Of a DNA stretch of 64,000 nucleotides, positions 21,613 through 31,400 are shown piece after piece (positions within the stretch are counted from its first letter, which is position 1; each line of letters opens with the position of its first letter). The DNA lies in contig JBQLZK010000004.1 of the NCBI GenBank assembly GCA_052168235.1, positions 1 through 64,000 on the forward strand, given 5' to 3'. This DNA comes from Thainema sp. Lineage in GTDB: Bacteria; Cyanobacteriota; Cyanobacteriia; Phormidesmidales; Phormidesmidaceae. Below the pieces are notes generated by a model. That model saw only the letters and a list, made by a program, of their open reading frames with translations, made no database searches and was not told where the DNA came from. A program made the translations under genes and the position numbers.

Positions 21613-22920
21613 TTACGACGCGATAAATTCGTTCCACTTCTGTACGAGGTAGGTATTCTCGGCCATTGTTGAGTTCCAAACGACGATATTGCCGAAGCGT
21701 TCATCGAAGGTACCACCATCTCGCACAGCCCCTTCTTTTTCGAGTGTCTTATCGAATGGGTCAACCATTGGCTCAGAGGCTGGCTTGCCTTCATACCAGA
21801 AGGCCCATTCTGCCTCAGACATATACTGCTTGGCCGTTTCCGGTGCCGCGCTGTAGTAGCCCTGGCGACCAAGGAAAGCACCCACCCAGCCATTTAGCAT
21901 CCAGTTGATATACTCATAGGCCGCGTCTAGCGCAATACCTTCCAGGTTCTTCGACAAACCAATGCCGCCGCCCCAGCCGCGATAGCCTTCTTTCAGCGGA
22001 GCATAAACGCACTCAATACCTTGGGACTTAACTGCTGTCACCGCTGGCGACCACATGGATTGTAGGACGACTTCACCAGAAGACATCAGGTTGACCGACT
22101 CATCAAATGTCTTCCAGAAGGCTCGGAACTGGCCTGCCCGCTTCTGCTCTTTTAAGATTTCGGTCAGCTGGTCAATTTCGGCTCTGGTCATGTCGCCTTT
22201 GTCGCCGAAGGTCATTAAACCCAAGGCTTCCACCACCATTGCTGCATCCATGATGCCAATTTGAGGAATGTCGAGGATAGAGGTTTTGCCGCGAAACTCT
22301 TCGTCAAATAGGTCACCCCAGCTTTGGATTTCGCGACCCACTAAGTCGGGTCGATAGCCTAGCGTATCGGCGTTGTACTGGAAGGGGATTAGAGTAGCGT
22401 AGTCCGTTGGCCCATCAGCAAATTCAGCCGAATCGGGGCCTGTCAGATACATCACTTTGTAAGGTGTCGTGCCCTGGGACTGTTCAACCGGCATGCCGTT
22501 GAATTCACCCGTCCGGAAGAAGGAAACGATTTTGTCCCAGTTGGTGATGCGGCTAATTTCAATTGGCCGTAAATTACCAGAGGGCACTACCAGCGGCAAG
22601 CTGAAGTACTCACCGTCAAAGATGTCGTACTGTTTCGGCTGAGTGATGGCAATCTGGTTATTTTCTTCAGTACTCAGGGCCCGCATTTCCAGATTGAAGC
22701 CCAGGTCTTCTTTGGCTTTATCCCGAATTTCGTTGATCTGAGAAACGCCTGTGCCGATGAAGCGAAGGGTGACATCCTTAATTTGGTTGGTGTTGACCTC
22801 TGGGCCAGTAGCCGGATTGTTGGGCGTGCCCTTGGGCGCAGACGAGCAGCGAGTTGCTGTTAAGAAAGCACTAGCAGCAAGACCCGTTTGAATCATTCGG
22901 CGACGAGAAATTTTAGACAT
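21613..22920 (-). CDS. PotD/PotF-like substrate-binding protein with Tat signal
   Basis: SRRRMIQ twin-arginine signal with Cys; NADTLGYRPDL, SMWSPAV, KEGYRGW. Confidence 0.85.
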   Translation of the reverse strand: MSKISRRRMIQTGLAASAFLTATRCSSAPKGTPNNPATGPEVNTNQIKDVTLRFIGTGVSQINEIRDKAKEDLGFNLEMRALSTEENNQIAITQPKQYDIFDGEYFSLPLVVPSGNLRPIEISRITNWDKIVSFFRTGEFNGMPVEQSQGTTPYKVMYLTGPDSAEFADGPTDYATLIPFQYNADTLGYRPDLVGREIQSWGDLFDEEFRGKTSILDIPQIGIMDAAMVVEALGLMTFGDKGDMTRAEIDQLTEILKEQKRAGQFRAFWKTFDESVNLMSSGEVVLQSMWSPAVTAVKSQGIECVYAPLKEGYRGWGGGIGLSKNLEGIALDAAYEYINWMLNGWVGAFLGRQGYYSAAPETAKQYMSEAEWAFWYEGKPASEPMVDPFDKTLEKEGAVRDGGTFDERFGNIVVWNSTMAENTYLVQKWNEFIAS

Positions 22921-22987
22921 GGTTGATTTTGAGTAGTAAGTTGACGAAACGTGATCAAGAATTCAGGTGAGCCCGTGAGTGGGCCAG

Positions 22988-24163
22988 TTAATGGGGGAGA
23001 TAAATGCAGTATTCTGCGGGCCAGTCGAGGACGACAACTTGGCCTTCCTGCATGGGTTCTCGCATCCAATCGTGGGTTCTGACTTTGTAGAGCACCTCCT
23101 GTCCAGTTTTTTCAAGCGCAAGGGAGACGCGGGTGACATAGCCTGTAAATTCAATGGCTGTAATTCGAGCTGTCACTCGGTTTGTGGCCGATGTAATCGG
23201 CAGATTGCCTGCGATCGCAATTGGGTGAGGGACTAGATGATCGGCACGAACGCAGCAAGCGGCTTTCGTGCCCGCTTGGGCAAACTCACCTCGACAGCAC
23301 AGAATTCCAAGACCATCAACGGCTAGCTCAATCAGATAGCCCTGGCCGTCTTCGGTCGCTTTTTGCACCACGCCGGAGAAAATATTGTTGTCGCCCGTGA
23401 ACTGAGCGACAAACCGAGAGATGGGGCGTGAAAAGATTTCTTGGGGCGTACCAACTTGATCCAATCGGCCATGATCCATGACCACAATTTGATCGGAGAG
23501 CGAGTAGGCTTCGTCCTGATTGTGGGTGACTTGAATAAACGTCATGCCGAACTGGCGCTGGAGCTTGCGCAGTTCGCCGCGCGTTTTGACCCGCAGGTTT
23601 TCATCCAGGGCGCTGAGCGGTTCGTCCAGCAGCAGGACTTGGGGACGAGTAATCAACGCACGGGCCAGCGCCACCCGCTGCTGTTGTCCACCGCTGAGCA
23701 TATTGGGTTTGCGATCGCTAAATTTCTCTAGGCCCACAATTTCCAACATTTCCTGAACGCGCACTTTGCGCTCATCGGCGGGCACCTTACGCATTCGGAG
23801 GCCAAACTCGATGTTTTGCCACACGGTTTTGTGCGGAAACAGAGCGTAGTTCTGAAACATCATGGCGGTGTTGCGCTTGGCCGATGGCAAGTTGTTAATC
23901 TTGGTATCGCCAATGAAGATCTCCCCTTGCGTGATCTCTTCATGACCCGCAATCATCCGCATGGTGGTCGTTTTACCGCAGCCGCTCGGCCCCAGCAGAC
24001 AGCAGTACGATCCAGCCGGGATATCTAAGGTGATGTTTTCAACGGCGGTGAACGAACCGTATTTTTTGGTAACCGAACGGAGGGAAACCCCCTGTGCCGT
24101 AGTCTGAAACGGAATTGAGGCTGAGTGTTCAGCGCTAGAAGAAATAACTTGAGCGTCCTGCAT
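22988..24163 (-). CDS. ABC transporter ATP-binding protein (PotA-like)
   Basis: [34 protein letters not shown]-like C-terminus. Confidence 0.93.
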   Translation of the reverse strand: MQDAQVISSSAEHSASIPFQTTAQGVSLRSVTKKYGSFTAVENITLDIPAGSYCCLLGPSGCGKTTTMRMIAGHEEITQGEIFIGDTKINNLPSAKRNTAMMFQNYALFPHKTVWQNIEFGLRMRKVPADERKVRVQEMLEIVGLEKFSDRKPNMLSGGQQQRVALARALITRPQVLLLDEPLSALDENLRVKTRGELRKLQRQFGMTFIQVTHNQDEAYSLSDQIVVMDHGRLDQVGTPQEIFSRPISRFVAQFTGDNNIFSGVVQKATEDGQGYLIELAVDGLGILCCRGEFAQAGTKAACCVRADHLVPHPIAIAGNLPITSATNRVTARITAIEFTGYVTRVSLALEKTGQEVLYKVRTHDWMREPMQEGQVVVLDWPAEYCIYLPH

Positions 24164-24312
24164 GTTTATGCTCCCAGGGAATACGGCATCAGCCTAACGT
24201 CAGACAAAAGGATGAAAATACGTTTAAGCCGAAGAAACTGCTAGAGAAATGAATCTCTGCTGCACCACGTAACATCTAACGTCCTATTCAAAAAGCTTTA
24301 CCAGGAGAGCAC

Positions 24313-24328
24313 TGTATAATCATATACA
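24313..24328. promoter_or_regulatory. Candidate NtcA box upstream of the ABC operon
   Basis: TGTA-TAATCATA-TACA matches TGTA-N8-TACA, about 150 bp upstream of the potA-like start. Confidence 0.45.
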
Positions 24329-24416
24329 CTCTCGATTTGCAATCACTCTAGAGTCAGAATATGAGAGACGCAACCGTTTAGTTATATTTTTCAATGGTTC
24401 GATTAATAACAATCTG

Positions 24417-25688
24417 TCAATCAAGATCTTGCCGCCGGGCCAGCAGGGCTGTACCACAAGCCGCTTCGGTTTGAACTGAAGGAAAAACGGGGACGCCAAG
24501 GTAGCGCGATCGCAGTTTTGTCCATACCTGATTCTGGGCACCCCCTCCCGCTGTAAATACCTGCCGAAGCGGAGATGCGCCCAACTGCTGCAAGCGGGCA
24601 TAACCCTGAGCTTCAATCCGAGCCATTCCTTCTAGCAAACCCTGGAGAAACTGCACCGGATCGTCCGGTCGGGGAGTCATGCGAGGCGGCAAATTAGGAT
24701 CATTAATCGGAAATCGTTCACCCGATTTAGTGAGCGGGTAATAATCCAAGCCGCTGTCTTGCTCCGGATCAATTTGCAAACTCAACGCCTGTAGCTCAGC
24801 CGAGGAGAAGAACTGCTGTAGCACCGCGCCCCCCGTATTCGATGCGCCGCCGACCAGCCAGAGCGAGCCGAACCGATGGCTGTAGATGCCATATTCTGCC
24901 CGATCAACCCGCGTTTCGCTCAATAACTTAAGTACCAAGGTTGAACCGAGAGAAGTCACCGCTTCGCCCGGATGCTGGGCACCGCTAGCCAAAAACGCGG
25001 CAATGCTGTCAGTCGTGCCTGCACAAACCACGCAGTCTGAAGGCAACTTAAAACGCTGGCTAACCTCTGGTGTAACAGTCCCGATGACGGCACCCGGAGC
25101 CAGGACTTTGGGCAGGTGACTGCGTAGAGGCTGCGATCGCAACCAGTCGGGATAGGCAAGCTGCTGTACGTCATAGCCCAGCTTGAGCGCGTTGTGGTAG
25201 TCGCTGATGCCCAGTTGACCGTGCAGCAGAAAGCTAATCCAGTCGGCCTGATGCAGTAAATAAGATTCCTGAACCTGAGCAAAATCGGGCTGCGTCTCCC
25301 ACCACAGCAGTTTTGCCAAGCTAGAAGTGGCACTCAGCACCACATGGTCAGCGGGCGCAAACCGACGAATCTGATCCAGCACCGCTTTGCCGCAGTCATT
25401 GTTGTAGAGCAGCGGCGATCGCACTGGCACACCGTTACGGTCGCAGAGCAAGACAGTTGAAGAGGTGCCGTTAACTGCGATCGCACTTATCCGGCAGCGA
25501 ACTTCAAGCGGCAACTGGTCAAGTAAACTCCACAGCGCCGCTTGCCACTGATCCGGCTGCTGATCTGATTGCGAAAAAGCGCAACGGCTTTCGGACTGGA
25601 TCTGACCGTCTGGGTTAACTGCGATCGCTCTAGCTCCAGAGGTACCGAAGTCCACCCCTAGACAGAAATTGTGTAAATAAAGGTTCAT
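24417..25688 (-). CDS. FGGY-family carbohydrate kinase (D-ribulose/xylulose kinase-like)
   Basis: GVDFGTSGAR, GTTDSIAAF, SLGSTL, GGASNTGG, TAGGGA. Confidence 0.9.
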   Translation of the reverse strand: MNLYLHNFCLGVDFGTSGARAIAVNPDGQIQSESRCAFSQSDQQPDQWQAALWSLLDQLPLEVRCRISAIAVNGTSSTVLLCDRNGVPVRSPLLYNNDCGKAVLDQIRRFAPADHVVLSATSSLAKLLWWETQPDFAQVQESYLLHQADWISFLLHGQLGISDYHNALKLGYDVQQLAYPDWLRSQPLRSHLPKVLAPGAVIGTVTPEVSQRFKLPSDCVVCAGTTDSIAAFLASGAQHPGEAVTSLGSTLVLKLLSETRVDRAEYGIYSHRFGSLWLVGGASNTGGAVLQQFFSSAELQALSLQIDPEQDSGLDYYPLTKSGERFPINDPNLPPRMTPRPDDPVQFLQGLLEGMARIEAQGYARLQQLGASPLRQVFTAGGGAQNQVWTKLRSRYLGVPVFPSVQTEAACGTALLARRQDLD

Positions 25689-25975
25689 AGACTACAACTT
25701 AGCCCTAATCGAGTTGGTTATAATACCAATCAATTAATAAAAACCAACTTCTTTTACGGTCAGATTCATACTTGATATGGACTGCGCGGATTACGTCAAA
25801 TGTGCTTTTGGTCAACCATCTCAAAGAGTCTAGGCAATGAGGCGCAAGCAATGCTTGTGTCTTTTTTTATTGCAAGCTAGCGGCTTGAAATATTTCATTT
25901 TCTAGACATCAAACGGAATGGAATAGTTTAGCACTGTATCTGTAGCTAGTCCTGATTTCAGATTAGGAGATCACG

Positions 25976-26317
25976 ATGAATTACAGTTTTGATATTGTTG
26001 GTGTTTCGCCAATCTTAAACTTTTTCAACTATCAACAACAGGTGGAGCAAAGTCCCCAGCGTAGCCGCACCTATGTCGGCAGCTACAAATGCACCCTGGA
26101 CGGCTTCATTCAATCCACCGAAACCACCCTGCGAAAACCGGATTGGGACTGGGATCAAGTCATGGAAAGTATGGTGCAGTTTTGGCTGCACCACGAAGAC
26201 GACATTCAGCATTGGCAGGAAACGCTGAAATCGGTGCAATCGGAGAGTCTGGTTGTGGGCCGCATTGCTAACTTTAATGCGGTTAGGACTGAGCTGGAAT
26301 CGCTATTTGATGAGTAA
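25976..26317 (+). CDS. Conserved hypothetical protein
   Basis: AGGAG RBS; clean 113-aa ORF (MNYSFDIVGVSP). Confidence 0.75.
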   Translation: MNYSFDIVGVSPILNFFNYQQQVEQSPQRSRTYVGSYKCTLDGFIQSTETTLRKPDWDWDQVMESMVQFWLHHEDDIQHWQETLKSVQSESLVVGRIANFNAVRTELESLFDE

Positions 26318-26323
26318 TAAATA

Positions 26324-26419
26324 ATTAGGCTTTATTTCCAATAAAGTTTTTGGGGTTGAAAATTGTTTTGTAGCGCGGCTCCGCCACGCTACAAAACAAT
26401 TTTCGATAAGGTCTATTAA
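26324..26419. repeat. ~97-bp palindromic dispersed element, copy 2
   Basis: Hairpin at 26358-26404 and flanks near-identical to 7923-8019; lies between convergent genes. Confidence 0.85.
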
Positions 26420-26434
26420 TAATCGAGCGTTCGG

Positions 26435-26839
26435 CTAATGATCGTCTCCTGCATAAATCCACATAGATTCCGTTTGTCCAGCCTTTTTAAATCCACACTT
26501 TTCATAAAATGAAACGGCAGCTTGGTCAGCCACTAGGATCTGCATGTGAAATCCGTGATAGCGCTGCTTGAGAATGACCATAATGCGCTGACCAACGCCT
26601 TGCCGTTGATAATCAGGATGAACGAGCAGATGGGGATAATAAACGACTAAAAAACCGTCTGAAATGGCGTTTCCAATACCGACTAGCTGTGTGCTGTTCC
26701 AAGCCGAAACGAGCGAATGAGAATGCAGCAAGGCTTGCTGGAGCTGGTCAGGTTTCTGAGCGGCAGACCATTGATTCGCCTGGTAGAGTGAAAGGACTTG
26801 CTCAATTGGAATATCGCGTTGCTCAGAAAACGTGATCAT
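26435..26839 (-). CDS. GNAT family N-acetyltransferase
   Basis: VHPDYQRQGVG motif A; FYEKCGF. Confidence 0.9.
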   Translation of the reverse strand: MITFSEQRDIPIEQVLSLYQANQWSAAQKPDQLQQALLHSHSLVSAWNSTQLVGIGNAISDGFLVVYYPHLLVHPDYQRQGVGQRIMVILKQRYHGFHMQILVADQAAVSFYEKCGFKKAGQTESMWIYAGDDH

Positions 26840-26881
26840 GATCGGCTTGTAGGATTTGTTGGTTCAATTTGTTGGTCAAGC

Positions 26882-27097
26882 ATGATTATTAACCCAGACT
26901 ATCTCCACATTGTCTTGTCCTTTACCTATCGCGGCTTTGAAATCCAAGTTGACCGCAGCACGTTTCAAGGACAGGACATCTACGCGGCCTGGGCGAATTA
27001 TGCGCTGGGTTGCGCGGTGGCTGTGCCCTACGCACCGAGCCGAGCCGATACGATTCGAAAGGCAAAGCAATGGGTTGATCAGCGTTTGGCGTTATAG
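26882..27097 (+). CDS. Small hypothetical protein (paralog of 60395-60649)
   Basis: 71 aa; shares PD..V.SF.YRG, WAN.A.GCAVAVP.AP and AK..VD.RL with the second copy. Confidence 0.7.
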   Translation: MIINPDYLHIVLSFTYRGFEIQVDRSTFQGQDIYAAWANYALGCAVAVPYAPSRADTIRKAKQWVDQRLAL

Positions 27098-27183
27098 AAC
27101 TTTAACAAATAAATTAAACCGAGCTGTGTGCTTCTCATGGATGAGGGCAATAATAGAGGTACAGTCTCCTTTATATTTTCTTC

Positions 27184-28275
27184 ATGATCTATGCAAAAGC
27201 AAGGATAGATTTATCACGCTCCTATCATCAACCGTTAGGCCAACCATCAGACCGATTGAATCAATTCGGACAGCCACTATCAGTTGATTCTCCTTTCTAC
27301 ATTCAGCGCAACTTATGGGAAGAAACTGTAGGTGAAGAACTACAGAAACCTGGTAGCCTACTGCGAATTCGTGCTTGTCCCAAGATGGGTAAAAGTTCGC
27401 TGCTTTTACGCTTAATTAGCCAAGCTGCTGCTGCTGGTATAACAACTGTGCAGATTGACTTTAGGCAACTTTCCAACTCTCACTTCAGTGACCTGAATGA
27501 GTTACTGCGCTGGTTCTGCACGGAGATTACACGTCAGCTTGGTCTAGAGTCCAATTTGGAGGACTATTGGGATGATGAAATTGACAGTAAATTAAGCTGC
27601 ACGATTTACTTTGAGAATTACCTGCTGGAACAGATTGATAAACCACTGGTAATTACTCTGGATGAACTAGATTGGATTTTTGAGCAGCCTGCGATCGCAC
27701 ATCATTTCCTCGCCCTACTCCGGTTTTGGTACGAGCTAGCTCAGCGCGCTGGTGACTGGCAAAAGCTGCGGTGGATTCTGGCCTACTCTAGCGAAATATC
27801 AATACCGTTGCGGGTGGATCAATCACCATTCAACATTGGCTTACAGTTGAATCTGTTTCAGTTTACGCAGGAACAGGTGCATGAACTTGCTCAACGCTAC
27901 GGTTTCAACTGGCAGGAAACAGATGTGAACCAGCTCATAAATATGGTGGGGGGGCATCCTTATCTTGTACACGCAGCGATTGCTCATCTCGCTCATAATC
28001 CTGAATTAAAACTCAGCCATTTGCTGGAACAGGCCGCTACGCCAGCCGGAATCTATCAGTCTTATCTACAGCGCTGCTGGTCCATCGTTATTCAGCAGCA
28101 ACCGCTGGTTGCTGCGATACAAGCTCTTGTGCGAGCAAAAGGAACCTATCAAATTGCATCTCGCTTTGCCTATCACTTGGTTAGTTTGGGTATTATTCAA
28201 CCAGCAGGCAGCCTAGACTATCAGTTTAGCTGTCAATTGTATGCCGATTATTTCCGCCATAGATGCGAAATTTGA
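27184..28275 (+). CDS. Stand-alone AAA_35 NTPase
   Basis: DSPFYIQR, RACPKMGKSS Walker A, LDELD, SPFNIG, GGHPYLV; homologous to 18260-19636 but lacks its HTH. Confidence 0.85.
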   Translation: MIYAKARIDLSRSYHQPLGQPSDRLNQFGQPLSVDSPFYIQRNLWEETVGEELQKPGSLLRIRACPKMGKSSLLLRLISQAAAAGITTVQIDFRQLSNSHFSDLNELLRWFCTEITRQLGLESNLEDYWDDEIDSKLSCTIYFENYLLEQIDKPLVITLDELDWIFEQPAIAHHFLALLRFWYELAQRAGDWQKLRWILAYSSEISIPLRVDQSPFNIGLQLNLFQFTQEQVHELAQRYGFNWQETDVNQLINMVGGHPYLVHAAIAHLAHNPELKLSHLLEQAATPAGIYQSYLQRCWSIVIQQQPLVAAIQALVRAKGTYQIASRFAYHLVSLGIIQPAGSLDYQFSCQLYADYFRHRCEI

Positions 28276-28322
28276 GAGTCGCTCAATATTCCTGAGTAGA
28301 TCCTGATATCAAATCTGTGTAT

Positions 28323-28391
28323 GAAAATCCAATTCATTTTGTGTGAAATGCTCGCTTCGCGAGCATTTCACACAAAATGAATTGGATTTTC
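28323..28391. repeat. Perfect 69-bp palindrome (33-bp arms, GCGAAGC-type loop on the minus strand)
   Basis: GAAAATCCAATTCATTTTGTGTGAAATGCTCGC-TTC-reverse complement; weak outer IR at 28306-28317 / 28395-28406. Confidence 0.92.
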
Positions 28392-28492
28392 CACCGAATT
28401 TCATATGAGTAGATAATAAAGACATAAGGTTGTTGATGTGTGTATCACATCTGTAGCACACCTCCTGCCTTAGATTTCCTTAATCGCCATTC

Positions 28493-31400
28493 ATGATGGA
28501 ATCTGCGTTTTGCTATCAAGTTGGGGGTAGCCTTGCTCCCGAAGCCGCATCCTATGTGCAGCGGCAAGCAGATGAGGCGCTGTTTGAAGCCTTGCTAGCC
28601 GGACAGTTTAGCTACGTACTCGACTCGCGCCAGATGGGTAAGTCATCGCTGATGGTGCGCACCATTCATCGTTTAGCCCAAGCAGGAGTGCGCTGTGCTG
28701 CTGTTGATATTACCAGCCTGGGCAGTGATCAAACTACACCCAGCCAGTGGTATCGCGGTATGGTGGCTGACCTCTGGCGTAGCTTTAAGCTGTTTGGCCG
28801 CGTCAATTACAAAACGTGGTGGCACGAACAGGATGATTTGTCTCCTGTGCAAAAACTGCATTATTTTTTGCGCGATGTACTGCTGGAGCAGTTTCCGGCT
28901 GATCAGCTCTGTATATTTATCGACGAAACGGATAGTGTTCTCAGCCTTGGCTTCTCGCTCGATGACTTTTTTGCCCTCATTCGGTTCTGCTATAACCAGC
29001 GCAGTATTGACTCCACTTACGAGCGTTTGACCTTTGCCATTTTGGGTGTCGCCACGCCATCTGATCTGATTCAAGATAAAGTACGAACCCCATTTAATAT
29101 TGGTCAAGCGATCGAACTGCAAGGGTTGCAGCTTAATGAAGCTTACCCACTACTGCCGGGTCTGATGCCCGATCGCGAACAGGCTCAACGCGTGCTAAGA
29201 GAAGTGCTGATCTGGAGCGGTGGCCAACCGTTTCTCACTCAGAAATTGTGCAGTATTATCCGGCAGGTGAACCATGACCTAGCCAATAATGCAGCCTTTC
29301 TGCCAATTCAGGCTGAATCACTGTGGGTCGAAGCACTGGTGCGCGATCGCATTATTCATCAGTGGGAAGCCCAGGATGAACCGGAGCATCTCCGGACGAT
29401 CCGCGATCGCATCTTACGACCCGATAACCGGATTGGCCGCCGTTTGGGCATTTATCAGCATATTTTGCAACACCAGTCTGTCCCGCTTGATCAAAGCTCT
29501 GCCCAAACGAATCTACTGCTGTCCGGACTCGTCAAAAAACAAGCTGGACATCTAGTTATCAAAAATCCCATTTATCAAGCTGTGTTTAATTTGGACTGGG
29601 TGGATGAGCAACTGGAACAGCTGCGTCCCTATTCTCAAACCTTTAGCGCGTGGATTGCTGCAAAACGTCAAGATCAGTCGCGGCTGCTGCGGGGACAGGC
29701 GTTACAAGAAGCTCAACTTTGGGCCAGAGACAAAGTTCTGAGCGATGCTGACTATCAATTTCTGGCAGCCAGTGAAGCCTGCGATCGCAAAGAAGTGCAG
29801 CAGGCCTTAGAAGCCGAACGGTCAGTTGCGATCGCAGCTCAGCTCCAGCAGCAGCAGCGGCATAATCGGCTCCAGAAGAAGCTGTTAGGAATTATCGGTG
29901 CGGCCTGCTTGGTTTCTGCTGGTTTAGGGAGCATTGCCGTCAGCGAATCTTATCGCGCTCAAGCCAATGAACAGCGAGCGAAAGAAAGTGAAGTAGACGC
30001 GCTATTGGCTTCTGCCCAAGGCTGGTTCGATGCGGGTAGGCGGTTAGATTCTCTGATTCAAATACTCCACGCTGATCAGCAACTGAGGCAACTGCGCCAG
30101 CCTAATCCAGAGTTAATCGATCAGACCGATGCCATGCTGCGACGGATTATCTTTGGCATCAACGAGGTGAACCGATTTTCAGGCCATACTGGCGAAATTC
30201 AGCAAGTACTCTACAGTCCTGATGGTCGTCTGATTGTCTCTGCCAGTGAAGATGCAACAGTCAAACTCTGGCGACCTGACGGCAGACTATTGGCGACGCT
30301 GGCAACACACGATCAGCGAGTTTCCGCGATTCAATTTAGCCCTAACGGTCAAATGTTGGCTGCTAGCGGTGGCAGTGGCACAATCCAACTTTGGCAAACC
30401 ACAGGAGAACTGCTAAATACGATCAAGGCTCATCGTACCCCGGTGATTAGTTTGGGATTCAGCCCGGACGGAAATACGCTAGCCTCTGGCAGTATTGGTG
30501 GAACAATTCAACTCTGGCGACCGGATGGTACGTTGCTGCGCACCCTAGAAGGTCATCAGGCAATGGTGCGGGCCGTGGTTTTTAGTCCTGATGGTCAGAT
30601 GCTTGCGTCTGCTAGTGCCGATACCACGATTAAGCTGTGGCAACCGGATACGGGGCAGCTCATCACTACGCTGAATGGGCATACATCTACGGTGACGAAT
30701 TTGGTCTTCAGTCCCGATGGTCAGCGCATTGCTACTTCTAGCTCTGATAATACGGTGCGGATCTGGAGCCGCAGTGGTGAATTGCTCAAGACGCTAGTGG
30801 GTCACACCTCAGCAGTGACCAGTGTTTGCTTTAGTCCTGATGGCCAAATGCTGCTGTCAACCAGCGAAGATCACGAAGTCCGCTTTTGGCAACAGGATGG
30901 AACGCCGATTTTGGCTTTCCCAGGCATTACAAACGTCGGCAAGTCGATTGACTTTAGTCCTGATGGTCAATATCTAGTGTCATCGGGTCGGGGCGATGAG
31001 CAAGCAGTTCTACTCTGGAAATTTGATTCGCCTCTTTATTCCGTCTGGAGTGGACATACCGCTGCAGTTTTGGCGTTAGCCATGAGTCCCGACGGAAGCA
31101 TTCTAGCCTCCGCAGGTTCCGATCAGACAATTAAACTCTGGCAGAATGATGGCACGCTGCTATCCTCGGTCAAAGCCCACAATGCACCCATCGTGAAGCT
31201 TGCGTTCAGTCCCGGTGGACAAACCTTGGCGTCCACCAGTTTTGATCGCCAGTTGAAACTCTGGAAGCAAGATGGCGCTCCAGCAGCCATGAACCAGTTA
31301 CAGTTAACGGCCCAAAGCGGTTTAGTCTTCAGTCCTGATGGTCGAACGCTTGCAGTAAGCGATGTTGATCAGTCAATTAAGCTCTGGCATTGGGACAGCC

